In this document: positions 1-8,740 of the stretch, piece by piece
How positions within the stretch are numbered: the stretch's first letter is position 1
Layout of the letters: each line of letters starts with the position of its first letter
DNA from: a virus
Taxonomy: Duplodnaviria; Heunggongvirae; Uroviricota; Caudoviricetes
Length of the DNA: 35,013 bases
Virus record (IMG/VR): IMGVR_UViG_2579778606_000008
Direction: 5' to 3' (one strand)
Position numbers and translations under genes: made by a program
Notes under the pieces: generated by a model
What the model was told of the DNA's origin: nothing
The model's database searches: none
Seen by the model: only the letters and a program-made list of their open reading frames with translations

Positions 1-1119
1 TCAAATAACCAACTTAACCCATTCCTGACCTCGAGTATCGTTATAGCGATCGGTGGTTGCCTGGACTTTATGTCCTAGTAATGTTTTTGTATCGATACCC
101 TGTGCACGGTACAGCCGTTCTGATAGAGAGCGTTGTTCATGAAATGTTGGCGGAGTTTTTCCTGCTGGTGGAATTATCCCAGCCAGATCCCGTGCTTTGG
201 CAAAGTAGTCGCTCAGGTTGTCTTTACTCATCGGCTTCGGTTGTTTCTGGTGCCGACTATGGATTAGATATGGACTTAATATTCTGTCTCGGCACCCATC
301 AATAACTTCTTTTAACGTTATCCCAATGGCATCACAGCGTAGTGTAAGCGGTAACGCCAGACGCATTCCGGTTTTTCCCTGGGTGATATGCAAGTGTTCG
401 TTCCACACATCTGAAAAACGCATGTGGCAAATGTCATCACGGCGCTGACCAGTAACAATCGCAAGAAGCATTGCGTTACGGATAAAGTGTTTTTCAGGCG
501 TTGCATTGTAAATTTTTTGCCAGTCTTCCATGGTGAGCCTGGCTCTGGTTACTTTAGGGATCGGTTTACGGGTAGCCTCCGGAGGATTCCATCCAGGAGG
601 AACTTCCCCTGCATGCTGTGCTTCTTTATAAATATCAACCCATAATCCACGATTTACTCTCGCTGTGCTGACCATGTCTTTATCCAGCCACTCATCCAGT
701 ATTAATGCAAAGTCTCTTACTTCCAGTTCTTTCAATGGGTGGTTTCCCAGACGGGAAACCAGGTATGCAGCCATTCGAGTTTTTTCTTTGTGAGTTGTAG
801 CTGCAATATCTCCATTTTTCAGTCGCGTGTCCTGTATTTTCAGATATCGATCAACCCATGCCTTTAATCTGATACCCCGACGTTTTGTTGCTGACGGACT
901 TTCATCAATTTTGCGCATGAAATATTCAGCTTCTGCTGCAGCTATTCGCTGATTGGCTGTGGAAGCGATTTTTTCTGCCTTACCTTTGTCTGTTCCGAGT
1001 CCGTGAAATTTTCCAGTCACAGGATTTTTATACTGGTAGTAAACTCTGCCAGTTCTGCGATCAAACTTTTCGTAAAGACCGGCTACGTCAGTGCTGTTTT
1101 TTCGTGGCCTCGGTGACAT
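1..1119 (-). CDS. int: Tyrosine-type site-specific integrase (lambda Int family)
   Basis: 372-aa ORF; C-terminal region (TGQR...HELRSLS...LLGH...Y) resembles the lambda Int catalytic domain; stop codon is at window position 1-3; overlapped by an upstream xis-like ORF as in lambda. Confidence 0.9.
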   Translation of the reverse strand: MSPRPRKNSTDVAGLYEKFDRRTGRVYYQYKNPVTGKFHGLGTDKGKAEKIASTANQRIAAAEAEYFMRKIDESPSATKRRGIRLKAWVDRYLKIQDTRLKNGDIAATTHKEKTRMAAYLVSRLGNHPLKELEVRDFALILDEWLDKDMVSTARVNRGLWVDIYKEAQHAGEVPPGWNPPEATRKPIPKVTRARLTMEDWQKIYNATPEKHFIRNAMLLAIVTGQRRDDICHMRFSDVWNEHLHITQGKTGMRLALPLTLRCDAIGITLKEVIDGCRDRILSPYLIHSRHQKQPKPMSKDNLSDYFAKARDLAGIIPPAGKTPPTFHEQRSLSERLYRAQGIDTKTLLGHKVQATTDRYNDTRGQEWVKLVI

Positions 1120-1357
1120 GAGTTAAAATCTCCTTCAGTGCATCATCATCGCCAGTATGAATTTCCGGCGCAATTCCCGTTTCACCAGGCCCAACAAATA
1201 CTGCTCGGCGATCTATCAGCCAACGCCCACGAATTTTTTGTGGTCTTGGAACGATGTATCCTAGTTTTCCGTATTTCACCAGGGTAGTGTTTGTTATTGG
1301 GAGACTGAACCGTTTTGGTTTCCACTCGTCGAGCGTTATCAGGTACTGTTCGCTCAT
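1088..1357 (-). CDS. xis: Excisionase-like protein
   Basis: Small ORF immediately upstream of and overlapping int; N-terminus YLITLDEW resembles lambda Xis YLTLQEW; internal ATG at 1357 preceded by GGAG chosen over the GTG at 1366. Confidence 0.6.
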   Translation of the reverse strand: MSEQYLITLDEWKPKRFSLPITNTTLVKYGKLGYIVPRPQKIRGRWLIDRRAVFVGPGETGIAPEIHTGDDDALKEILTHVTEATKKQH

Positions 1358-1418
1358 GGCTATCACTCCGGAACGCGCCAGTTGCAGAATATCAACGACA
1401 ACTGGCGACGGTTGAACA

Positions 1419-3875
1419 TTAAAAATCAGCCTGACTCGGGATCAGTTTTTGCCAGATAACTGAAACGTATTTTGCCTGGTAACGGGCGTCATCAAGTGCA
1501 TTATGGCGCTCACCTTCGAATGGAATAGCCGTTCTGGCATCGAAGTCTATGGCTTTCCCCAGCTCAACGATTGTGCGTACATCGCGATCGTTGTAGTAAC
1601 GCCACGGGCAGGGGATCCCCTGCCGTTCGTATGAACGGCGCAAAATCGTGTTGTCGAAGTTGGCTCCATTTCCCCAGACCTGAACAAAAAATTCACCGGA
1701 GTTTTCGTCGATAAATTCCCGCAATTGTAACAGTGCATCATCTAACGGGATTTCATCGGTCATAATGGCAGATTGCGCTTCGCGTGATTGCTTAAGCCAC
1801 CATTTAATGGTGTCCCGATCAATGACTCCGCCAGCAGTTTCCAGATCGATAGTCTTACTAAATTCCGGTCCCATATCTCCGGTTTGCGGATCGAAAAATA
1901 TTGCACCTATTGAGATAATCGGGGCATCTGGATTTTTTCCCATGGTTTCAAGGTCGATCATTAGATGGTCACACGTCCCGCTGGTGGATGTGCCTTTATG
2001 ATGACCGTTCACCTTAACTGAGTGATCTGTCGCCTCGCCAGTTTCACTATCGCTATCGTGATGCTGATTGCCGCCAGGGTTCTCCTTGTGTGGATGTTCA
2101 GTGCCTTCCATTTCCTCCGGATCATTTTCCTGAACTTCAACCTGATTCTCTTCATTGAATGTTTCCTGGTATGTTGCGTCGCCCATCACCGCGCCACAAT
2201 CAGGGCAGTTGCCGCCGCCGGTCTGACCGCAGGCGGTGCAGATCTTTTCCGGTTCCTGTTGCACTACTGGTTCAGGTTGTTTCGTTTCTGGCTCGTTTTG
2301 TAACGCATTTGGGCTGTTTTGTTCCGCTTTCTGGCCGTTCTGTTCCGTTTCTTGCTGGTTCTGGTTCACAGAATCGCGGGTTTCCATCCCCTTGACCCAT
2401 TTCGGATCATTCGGGTCGCTAATCCCTGCAACAAATTCTCCGCGAGAGGCCGCAAGCAACTTATCGGCGTCAGGCTGGCTGATATTGGCTGCCTGCATAA
2501 TTTTGTTTACTTCGTCAGCGGTAACTTTTACCTGATTAACCGGATCTATCTGTGCCTGAGTATCCAGCGATTGCGTGTCCTGGCGATGTTCAGTTGTATT
2601 CGGCTCCATTGCTTCAGTCGTTGCCTGTTCATCTGCCATTGCGTCAGACGGTTGTGATTTTTCCTCATTATTTTTTTCTTCTTCTGTTTCGCGTTCAGCA
2701 GCCAGTTCGCGGTTAACTTCTTCCAGGATATCTTTTTCCGGTGTATGTCGTGCAGCAGCGAGAGTTTCCTCGGTAGGGTTCTCGTGATCAGTTTCCGTCA
2801 AATAGGCGTTGATATACCCCTGAAGGCGTCCCGGGTAGTGATAAAATTCAGGGTGTGCGCTTCGGATAAGTGCAAAAATAGCGGCGCGGGAATAATCCAG
2901 GATACCCGGGATTGCGCGAAGTGCTGCGGACCATTCTTTGAACGGACTTTCTTTCTTCCGGACGACTTCTTTTGCGCGACGATAAACGCTGCCCGGAATT
3001 TCATAAATATTAAAATCCATCGGAAGTGTGGCCGCTGCAATCTCCACATCCAGCGTATCGAAGGTGTGTACTAAATTCGGATTGCGATCGGTTTTGTTCC
3101 CTCCACCGGCATTAGCACCGGAAGCCGTGCGGGTGATGCGTGAAACACGATTTCCTTTCATCCACTCTTTTGTCAGCAGACCGCGATCGGTGTAGTCAGC
3201 GCCCAGGTATGCTTCGAAAAAAGCAGTCATCAGTCCCAGGTCTGAATTACCAGGATTAGGGAAAACTTTGTCCGTGTCACGAACCAGTTTGTGGAGATCG
3301 CGAATTTCCAGCGGTTCGAGTTGCGCTGCTTTATTTGAGATGGCCAGCGCGGTAACGGCGGGAAGTTTTTCATCCTGTGCGTTATGTAATGTGCGCAGTT
3401 CGTCCCGCGAAACGTGTGTGATCGGTTTTTCGCTGCCGTGCTGTGCCAGCCATCGAACAGGCAGAATCTGACCTGAAACCGGCAGGAGCATGTTCTCCTC
3501 AATCTCAGCCATGTCTTCGCCGTTGACGTTGGTATTGTCAGTGCTGGCTGGTTTATCCTGAACAGAGGGCGAGGGCGCGATAAGTACCATTGTGATACCA
3601 TCTTCACCGCCCTTTTCGTATCGGTTGCAGAATTCGGTATCAAACACGCCTTCCGGAGGAAGGTCATTCACAACGGGTAAATGGACGCGAACAGGTTTTT
3701 TAAAATCCTCTTTGTCAAATCCGGCATCGTCCATTGCGACAACACCGCGTGATATTGCAACCGATAATTTTTTTGCTGTGCGCCAGTAAAAACCGCCTTT
3801 AATTCCAAGACGTTTTCTGATTTTGTCATTTTTGGCTTCGTAATATAGTGCAATTTCTTCTTTATCAGTGCTCAT
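1419..3875 (-). CDS. Multidomain exonuclease: unknown N-terminal domain, acidic Q/E/N-rich low-complexity linker with a Cys4 zinc ribbon, C-terminal DEDDh (DnaQ-like) 3'-5' exonuclease domain
   Basis: 818-aa ORF; C-terminus has the motifs DLETMG, NGANFD and H-x4-D (HNALDDARY); CTACGQ...CPDCG zinc ribbon; start ATG at 3875 preceded by GAGGT. Confidence 0.7.
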   Translation of the reverse strand: MSTDKEEIALYYEAKNDKIRKRLGIKGGFYWRTAKKLSVAISRGVVAMDDAGFDKEDFKKPVRVHLPVVNDLPPEGVFDTEFCNRYEKGGEDGITMVLIAPSPSVQDKPASTDNTNVNGEDMAEIEENMLLPVSGQILPVRWLAQHGSEKPITHVSRDELRTLHNAQDEKLPAVTALAISNKAAQLEPLEIRDLHKLVRDTDKVFPNPGNSDLGLMTAFFEAYLGADYTDRGLLTKEWMKGNRVSRITRTASGANAGGGNKTDRNPNLVHTFDTLDVEIAAATLPMDFNIYEIPGSVYRRAKEVVRKKESPFKEWSAALRAIPGILDYSRAAIFALIRSAHPEFYHYPGRLQGYINAYLTETDHENPTEETLAAARHTPEKDILEEVNRELAAERETEEEKNNEEKSQPSDAMADEQATTEAMEPNTTEHRQDTQSLDTQAQIDPVNQVKVTADEVNKIMQAANISQPDADKLLAASRGEFVAGISDPNDPKWVKGMETRDSVNQNQQETEQNGQKAEQNSPNALQNEPETKQPEPVVQQEPEKICTACGQTGGGNCPDCGAVMGDATYQETFNEENQVEVQENDPEEMEGTEHPHKENPGGNQHHDSDSETGEATDHSVKVNGHHKGTSTSGTCDHLMIDLETMGKNPDAPIISIGAIFFDPQTGDMGPEFSKTIDLETAGGVIDRDTIKWWLKQSREAQSAIMTDEIPLDDALLQLREFIDENSGEFFVQVWGNGANFDNTILRRSYERQGIPCPWRYYNDRDVRTIVELGKAIDFDARTAIPFEGERHNALDDARYQAKYVSVIWQKLIPSQADF

Positions 3876-3952
3876 TGATAAACCTCATTACAGATTTAAG
3901 GGTGAACAAATCCCTGCCATTGCTGGCATATAAAAATGAAACCGGATATTAA

Positions 3953-4162
3953 TTACGGTGCTGTTTTAAGCCCCGCCGGGATTTCGTTATTGTCCATGTG
4001 AATAACTTTATCGACCGGATAACAGTTGCCGGGAATTTTCTGTTCCGCTGCGGCAGCCATGCATTCTTTCATTGAGTTGTACATGCCGGTGATTGCATCA
4101 AGCGACTCACCAGTATTGAGATGTACAGTCAGAATGAGTACGAATAATGTGTTCATCGCCAC
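3953..4162 (-). CDS. ydfD: YdfD-like small membrane/lysis protein
   Basis: 69-aa ORF with hydrophobic N-terminus (NTLFVLILTVHL); position and sequence match what I recall of Qin YdfD, downstream of dicB. Confidence 0.6.
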   Translation of the reverse strand: MAMNTLFVLILTVHLNTGESLDAITGMYNSMKECMAAAAEQKIPGNCYPVDKVIHMDNNEIPAGLKTAP

Positions 4163-4341
4163 TCTCCGAAAATACCGAGTTTAAGAAGGGCAATTCTGGA
4201 GAGTATGGAATTGTCATTCAGCAGGTAGGGTTCATATTTTCTCATATTGATTGCATCCTCGGTGAAATCCCTGTTACTGAGCAGAACACCAATATTAAAG
4301 CACCCGTCAGACGTATTAACGTTTGGTAGTGACGTTTCCAT
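4153..4341 (-). CDS. dicB: DicB-like cell division inhibitor
   Basis: 62-aa ORF; motifs LPNVNTSDGCF.IGV and FTEDAIN.RK match my recollection of E. coli DicB; lies in the dicA-controlled minus-strand operon. Confidence 0.7.
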   Translation of the reverse strand: METSLPNVNTSDGCFNIGVLLSNRDFTEDAINMRKYEPYLLNDNSILSRIALLKLGIFGEWR

Positions 4342-4351
4342 TATCGCGTCC

Positions 4352-4909
4352 TCAACAATGAATTTTTAGCAATTGCTCCACAGTCATATTTTTAATTGCG
4401 CTCCGGTTTACAAGAGTCCATCCTTGTTTCTCCAGATAAAACCGGAAGGTATCCAGGGTGCAGACCATTGCGCCGTCAGGAACGGTTTCAGTGAATTTGA
4501 TATTGCCGTGTTCGTCGAGACGGATAACCAGGGTGCGTCCGTCCCCGTGAATCATTTTGTCGGGAGACGGGGCGTTATTCTGGCGCAGTTCTTCCTCCAT
4601 GCGATCGAACTCAGCGATGTAGGCTTCTTTGAAAGTTGCGGCTTTTTTACCTGTGAACCCCATCACCAGGAAAACGAAGCCGTTTTTGGTGATTTGGTAC
4701 ATGGGGCGTTTTTCGCCTTTGGCGTCGGTGTAGGTAACGGGCGTAAAATTGCGCTCGTTAAAATCTTCAGAGCATTCTAGCGTTTCAATTTTGCGCAGAA
4801 CGTCCTTGTGCATTTTGCGGAAGAACTCTGCAACCGCAACAGACGTAGTGACAGCGCGACCATTTTCGATGGTTACGTCAGGGTGAGAAAGGGTAGGGAT
4901 AGTAGCCAT
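4352..4909 (-). CDS. Rha-family phage regulatory protein
   Basis: 186 aa from internal ATG at 4909; N-terminal TTSVAVAEFFRKMHKDVLRKI...MYQITKNGFVFLVMGFTGKKAATFKEAYIAEF fits the Rha domain; the longer 284-aa track ORF (4352..5206) would run through a terminator. Confidence 0.65.
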   Translation of the reverse strand: MATIPTLSHPDVTIENGRAVTTSVAVAEFFRKMHKDVLRKIETLECSEDFNERNFTPVTYTDAKGEKRPMYQITKNGFVFLVMGFTGKKAATFKEAYIAEFDRMEEELRQNNAPSPDKMIHGDGRTLVIRLDEHGNIKFTETVPDGAMVCTLDTFRFYLEKQGWTLVNRSAIKNMTVEQLLKIHC

Positions 4910-5075
4910 AATGGCAGCCTCTTGGTTGAGTATTAATAACTCACCACCAAGGTTTTCCACGACCATAAGGGTGGTGAGGCGTACAGGGGTGGAAATACCG
5001 GTCAACCAAGAATCCGGCCAGCCTTGCAGCTGCCCTGCACGCCCCACCATAATCTGAATGTGGCTGTGCTTGACG

Positions 5076-5101
5076 CATAAAAAAACCGCCTGAGCGCGGT
5101 T
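5076..5101 (-). terminator. Putative intrinsic terminator (minus strand) between dicF and rha
   Basis: Minus-strand hairpin AACCGC-GCTCAG-GCGGTT followed by a T-run (plus-strand A-run at about 5077-5085). Confidence 0.4.
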
Positions 5102-5389
5102 ATGCGCTTGATTGAATTCCGGGTTTCCACGCCCGGCACCCGTTTTATGAGGTGCAGGTGCACTATAATTCCACCCGTTCTGGTTTTCAATAGCTACATT
5201 CAACATTTTCTCTTACCTTTCATCACCGAAGTGAACTTTGTTGATGCGGTGCCTGGTGCCTCCAGGTGACGTTAACCAGTTAACAATTAACGCCGGATAC
5301 AGAGAATCCACCCATAACACTGTTTTTGGTTTTAACTGTTCCGCGTGCGCTTAGCCGCATTCACCGCATCACAAAATTCACTTTAAAAA

Positions 5390-5442
5390 GGGTGGCAGAG
5401 CAGTCACGGAGTAGAACTGATGCCACCAAAGACTACACATGG
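5390..5442 (-). ncRNA. dicF: DicF-like small RNA (ftsZ-targeting sRNA of Qin-type prophages)
   Basis: Minus-strand sequence UUUGGUGGCAUCAGUUCUACUCCGUGACUGCUCUGCCACCC followed by a U-run closely matches DicF as I recall it, including the terminator hairpin; lies downstream of the ydfABC-like genes as in E. coli K-12; ends are approximate. Confidence 0.65.
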
Positions 5443-5736
5443 GTATTGTGGCGGGGCTGTCACTTAAGCGTATGGTCAACCTGACAACCCGGTGCATTTT
5501 CTGGAGCAATGGAGGAAACCCCAGCCATACTTACCGCCGCGCCATTTCGCGGATTGCCACAACCGGAAGCGCACGATCGAATTAAATTTAACGACGACCT
5601 ATACAGAGAGACTAACTTCGCCGGGCGCTTTCGTGTTATGCCCTGACTTTTCAGGGATATATCCTTTTTAGTAAACTGTCAGTGCCGGATTCTTATCCGT
5701 GTCCGGCGCACGCACTCTACCTCACCTGTGAATAAA

Positions 5737-6123
5737 TTAATGATTAATTGATATTTTGTTGTTTGATTCAACTTTCCCATCGGATGTGTGATGCTTTAAA
5801 TCACAGGAATTAATACTGCTCGCTGTAAAATGATTTTCAAGGGGAGCTATTCGAATCCCTTTCTTTTTCATTAACAAGCCAAATCCTTTATTAATGATGT
5901 CCATTAATTCCAGGAAGTATTTTTCATGTAAATCCTGGTTATCAGAGAGCTGCTTCTCTTCGTACAGACCGATAAAGGCACGACGCACGTTACCGGATAT
6001 AGTATCGATGGTTTCTTTTTCTACGGTACTCAGGTCAAGAGTCGCCAGTTGAGAGCGAACCACATTCGATGCCATTTCCTGGAATGGTACTGGTAAATCT
6101 TTAAATTCCATCGTCAACCTCAT
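5737..6123 (-). CDS. YdfB/YdfC-like protein (single ORF here)
   Basis: 128-aa ORF whose ATG overlaps the ydfA-like stop (ATGA); an alternative ATG at 6111 has a GAGG RBS; position matches the K-12 Qin ydfB/ydfC genes. Confidence 0.6.
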   Translation of the reverse strand: MRLTMEFKDLPVPFQEMASNVVRSQLATLDLSTVEKETIDTISGNVRRAFIGLYEEKQLSDNQDLHEKYFLELMDIINKGFGLLMKKKGIRIAPLENHFTASSINSCDLKHHTSDGKVESNNKISINH

Positions 6124-6275
6124 CAGTCAGTGTTTCTGGTTAACCAGCGACGCGCGCCAGCTTCAGTTTGAAACGTTTTGCTTCTGGTATACGTCATCGC
6201 GGTAAACGTGCCGTCCTGGTTGGGAAACACGCCGCATACCAGAGATTCGTTGTTGCCAAGATCGATAGTATCCAT
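6123..6275 (-). CDS. ydfA: YdfA-like small protein
   Basis: 50 aa from ATG at 6275 (GAGG RBS): MDTIDLGNNESLVCGVFPNQDGTFTAMTYTRSKTF... matches recalled YdfA; first gene downstream of dicA. Confidence 0.65.
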   Translation of the reverse strand: MDTIDLGNNESLVCGVFPNQDGTFTAMTYTRSKTFQTEAGARRWLTRNTD

Positions 6276-6417
6276 GCTGACCTCATTTCCCCTTAACGCC
6301 AGGGTAGCGGAACTGTTTGCTGAGAACACCGTGCGGTGTCTTGATGAGTAGAATTTAGAATAACCTAAGAATTATGGTCAAGCTTTTTGTGTAGAAAAAC
6401 CTAAGTTTTTTGATGTA

Positions 6418-6452
6418 AAAAACACAAGCATTTGAAAGTTTGTGCTTTTTAT
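6418..6452 (-). terminator. Weak putative terminator downstream of the dicA-like gene
   Basis: Minus-strand 7-bp stem (one G-U wobble) with a 12-nt loop, followed by a T-run. Confidence 0.3.
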
Positions 6453-6481
6453 TACAGAGAGTGGCGAAAAAAAAGGGAGGG

Positions 6482-6889
6482 TTATTTATTTGCGCTTCTT
6501 TTGCGAGCTTTGAGTAGTTCTTCAAAAAGTTTGTTGAAATTCTCAACTCGAGCACGCATCTCTGACAACAGAGCCTTTTGCTCTGACTCAGGCAGTGCGT
6601 CGAACAGTTGAAGCAACTCTTTTTGATCTTCTGTCAGATTAACTGGCTGATTATCTGGGATCGGTTCGCCTGGTTGCTTATCTTCATCTCCAAAAAGAAG
6701 CCAAGTCGGCGAGCACTGAAGCGCCTGGCTCAGTGCGAATAATCTCTTCCCCGCTGGCTGTGTTTCATCTCTTTCCCATTGAGAAATTGTTACGTGAGCC
6801 ACTTTGACCAGCTTACCTAATGCGGCCTGAGACAGTTTTAATTTTTTACGCCTGTATAAGAGGCGAGCACCGAAGGTTTCGTTTTTCAT
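6482..6889 (-). CDS. dicA: DicA-like HTH (XRE-family) repressor
   Basis: 135-aa ORF; HTH region and C-terminal LFGDEDKQP...LPESEQ...EMRARV.NFNKLFEELLKA closely resemble recalled E. coli DicA; divergent from a dicC-like gene. Confidence 0.85.
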   Translation of the reverse strand: MKNETFGARLLYRRKKLKLSQAALGKLVKVAHVTISQWERDETQPAGKRLFALSQALQCSPTWLLFGDEDKQPGEPIPDNQPVNLTEDQKELLQLFDALPESEQKALLSEMRARVENFNKLFEELLKARKRSANK

Positions 6890-6910
6890 ATTAGGTAATT
6901 CTAATTTTTC

Positions 6911-6965
6911 TTGACTTAGGTTTCTCTACGATCTAGTTTCCTTAGGAAAATCTAAGGAGTTCGAT
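6911..6965. promoter_or_regulatory. Divergent dicA/dicC promoter-operator region with palindrome CCTTAGGAAAATCTAAGG
   Basis: Perfect 6-bp inverted repeat (CCTTAG/CTAAGG, 6940..6957) overlapping the dicC RBS; TTGACT -35-like hexamer at 6911; related CCTAAG motifs at about 6366 and 6399. Confidence 0.45.
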
Positions 6966-7193
6966 ATGTTGAAAATTGATGCTATAGCGTTTTTTGGCAG
7001 CAAAACAAAGCTTGCCAATGCCGCAGGAGTTAGGCTGGCAAGCGTTGCTGCATGGGGGAAACTGGTTCCTGAAGGTCGCGCGATGCGTCTACAGGAGGCA
7101 TCCGGCGGGGAACTTCAGTACGACCCCAAAGTTTATGACGAATATCGTAAGGCAAAGCGGGCGGGGCGGTTGAACAATGAAAATCACCCCTGA
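6966..7193 (+). CDS. dicC: DicC-like Cro-type regulator
   Basis: 75-aa ORF; ...FGSKTKLA.AAG.RLAS...LVPEGRAMRLQEASGGELQYDPKVYDEY matches recalled DicC; divergent from dicA. Confidence 0.8.
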   Translation: MLKIDAIAFFGSKTKLANAAGVRLASVAAWGKLVPEGRAMRLQEASGGELQYDPKVYDEYRKAKRAGRLNNENHP

Positions 7194-7728
7194 ACAGGTT
7201 TGTGAGGCTCTGGATGCCTGGGTATGTCGACCAGGAATGACACAGGAGCAAGCGACGATATTAATCACGGAAGCATTCTGGGCTCTGAAAGAACGCCCGA
7301 ACATCGATGTTCAACGCGTCACGTTTAATGATGGCGAGGTTGATCAACGGGCGCTGGGCGTTAACCGGGTGAAGATATTCGAACGCTGGAAAGCTATCGA
7401 CACCAGGGATAAGCGGAAAAAATTCACGGCGCTGATTCCGGCAATTATGGAGGCTATCCGAATTAGTGATTTCAGGTTGTATCGTGAGATCAGTGATGGA
7501 AAAAGCATTACGTACATGATCGCCGGATTAAACAAAGAATATGGCGATGTGGTGGAGTCCGGGCTGCTTTTTGCGGATCCAGCTGTTGTGGAACGTGAGA
7601 CTGACGAGCTTATAGAAAAAGCTATTGCTTTCAAGCATGCGTATCGTCAGCAATATCAATATTACTTTGCAGATAAACAAATGTCTGCCAGGGGTTTGTA
7701 TGAGTATCGATGCACTACGATGGGCTAA
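7177..7728 (+). CDS. cII-like / YdaT-family protein (putative regulator)
   Basis: 183-aa ORF directly after the Cro-like gene, overlapping it; the family assignment is from weak recollection. Confidence 0.45.
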   Translation: MKITPEQVCEALDAWVCRPGMTQEQATILITEAFWALKERPNIDVQRVTFNDGEVDQRALGVNRVKIFERWKAIDTRDKRKKFTALIPAIMEAIRISDFRLYREISDGKSITYMIAGLNKEYGDVVESGLLFADPAVVERETDELIEKAIAFKHAYRQQYQYYFADKQMSARGLYEYRCTTMG

Positions 7729-8740
7729 AAAGGTGAAAACCGGCAGTTCATCCAGTAAGTCTGTATTGACCTGGCTTGCTGATATGTGCGGTGCCGATTT
7801 GTGTGCATACCCGTCTGTATCTGCACTGGCAGAAGTAACGGAACTGAACAAAAAGACTGTGCAGGACAGCTTACGACACCTGATGGAGATTGGGTTAATT
7901 GTTGATACCGGTGAGAGAAAAGGCAGAACAAAGCAAATTGTGGTGTACCGACTTATCGGTGTAGAAGAAAGTGTTGCCGAGCCTGAATACACCCAAAAAC
8001 GGGAGTCTTTAAAGGTGGGTAAAATTGGTGCTGTTAATAAAAACAGTACCGAAAATGGTTATGTTTCAGCACAAAACAGACCCAAAAACGGAACTCTTAG
8101 CTGCATGGAAAATAACCAAAGACACCCAAATTTTCCATCAAAGACACCCAAAAACGGATCACGGAACCCAAAGGAACCCAAAGATCTAAACCCCACACAT
8201 AACGCACGCGAGAGTGCTCCGACCAGTGAGCAGGAAGTTTTGTCGTTACAGGCAGCACCCCTTGTATTCCTGGATGGCCTGAGCGAACCCATCGGAAAAT
8301 TTCCGATGACCGATAGCTGGTATCCGTCACGGGATTTTCGACGACGGGCTGCGTTGTGGGGGATGGCTTTGCCGGAGACAGAATTTACACCTGCTGAACT
8401 TGCCGCCTTCCGGGACTACTGGGCAGCGGAGGGGAAAGTGTTTACGCAGATTCAGTGGGAGCAGAAATTCGCCCGTCACGTAAATCACGTCAGGGCGCAG
8501 GTTAAACCAGTCAGCAAGGGGGTAAACCATGCAGCAGCACCAGGTGGCACCGCATCACGGGCAGTTCAGGAAATTCGGGCAGCACGTGAGCAGTGGGAAC
8601 GTGAAAACGGATTTATCAGCGACGGAAACGGTCTGGAAGCTGTGGGAACTCATGGGGGAGGTTTATTCGAACCGCTGGACCCAGAAGAACGGGGCCGCAC
8701 CTTCGAAGCTCTGGATTGCACAGATTGGCGCGATGACTGA
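7700..8740 (+). CDS. Replication initiator, lambda O-like (N-terminal HTH, low-complexity linker carrying the origin, DnaT-like C-terminal region); 3' end uncertain
   Basis: ATG at 7700 with AGGGG RBS; basic linker encoded over the iterons; the frame runs 211 nt past the P-like start at 8529. Confidence 0.6.
   Translation: MSIDALRWAKKVKTGSSSSKSVLTWLADMCGADLCAYPSVSALAEVTELNKKTVQDSLRHLMEIGLIVDTGERKGRTKQIVVYRLIGVEESVAEPEYTQKRESLKVGKIGAVNKNSTENGYVSAQNRPKNGTLSCMENNQRHPNFPSKTPKNGSRNPKEPKDLNPTHNARESAPTSEQEVLSLQAAPLVFLDGLSEPIGKFPMTDSWYPSRDFRRRAALWGMALPETEFTPAELAAFRDYWAAEGKVFTQIQWEQKFARHVNHVRAQVKPVSKGVNHAAAPGGTASRAVQEIRAAREQWERENGFISDGNGLEAVGTHGGGLFEPLDPEERGRTFEALDCTDWRDD
8078..8186. repeat. Putative replication origin iterons inside the O-like gene
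   Basis: Five direct copies of an ACCCAAA-containing unit, two nearly identical (GACCCAAAAACGGA at about 8079 and CACCCAAAAACGGA at about 8145); same arrangement as lambda ori within O. Confidence 0.45.

Noticed and set aside
2022-2657. Plus-strand ORFs (93-112 aa) within the exonuclease gene
   Set aside because: They lie antisense to the repetitive linker-coding region of the minus-strand exonuclease gene and encode F/L/C-rich junk
4910-5206. N-terminal 99 codons of the 284-aa track ORF 4352..5206
   Set aside because: The extension runs through a predicted terminator hairpin and A-run and has no RBS; the Rha domain begins at the internal ATG at 4909, so the extension is treated as non-coding
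7625-7699. Upstream start (7625) for the O-like gene
   Set aside because: The ATG at 7700 has a better RBS and begins at the HTH-containing N-terminus; the upstream extension overlaps the preceding gene by more than 100 nt
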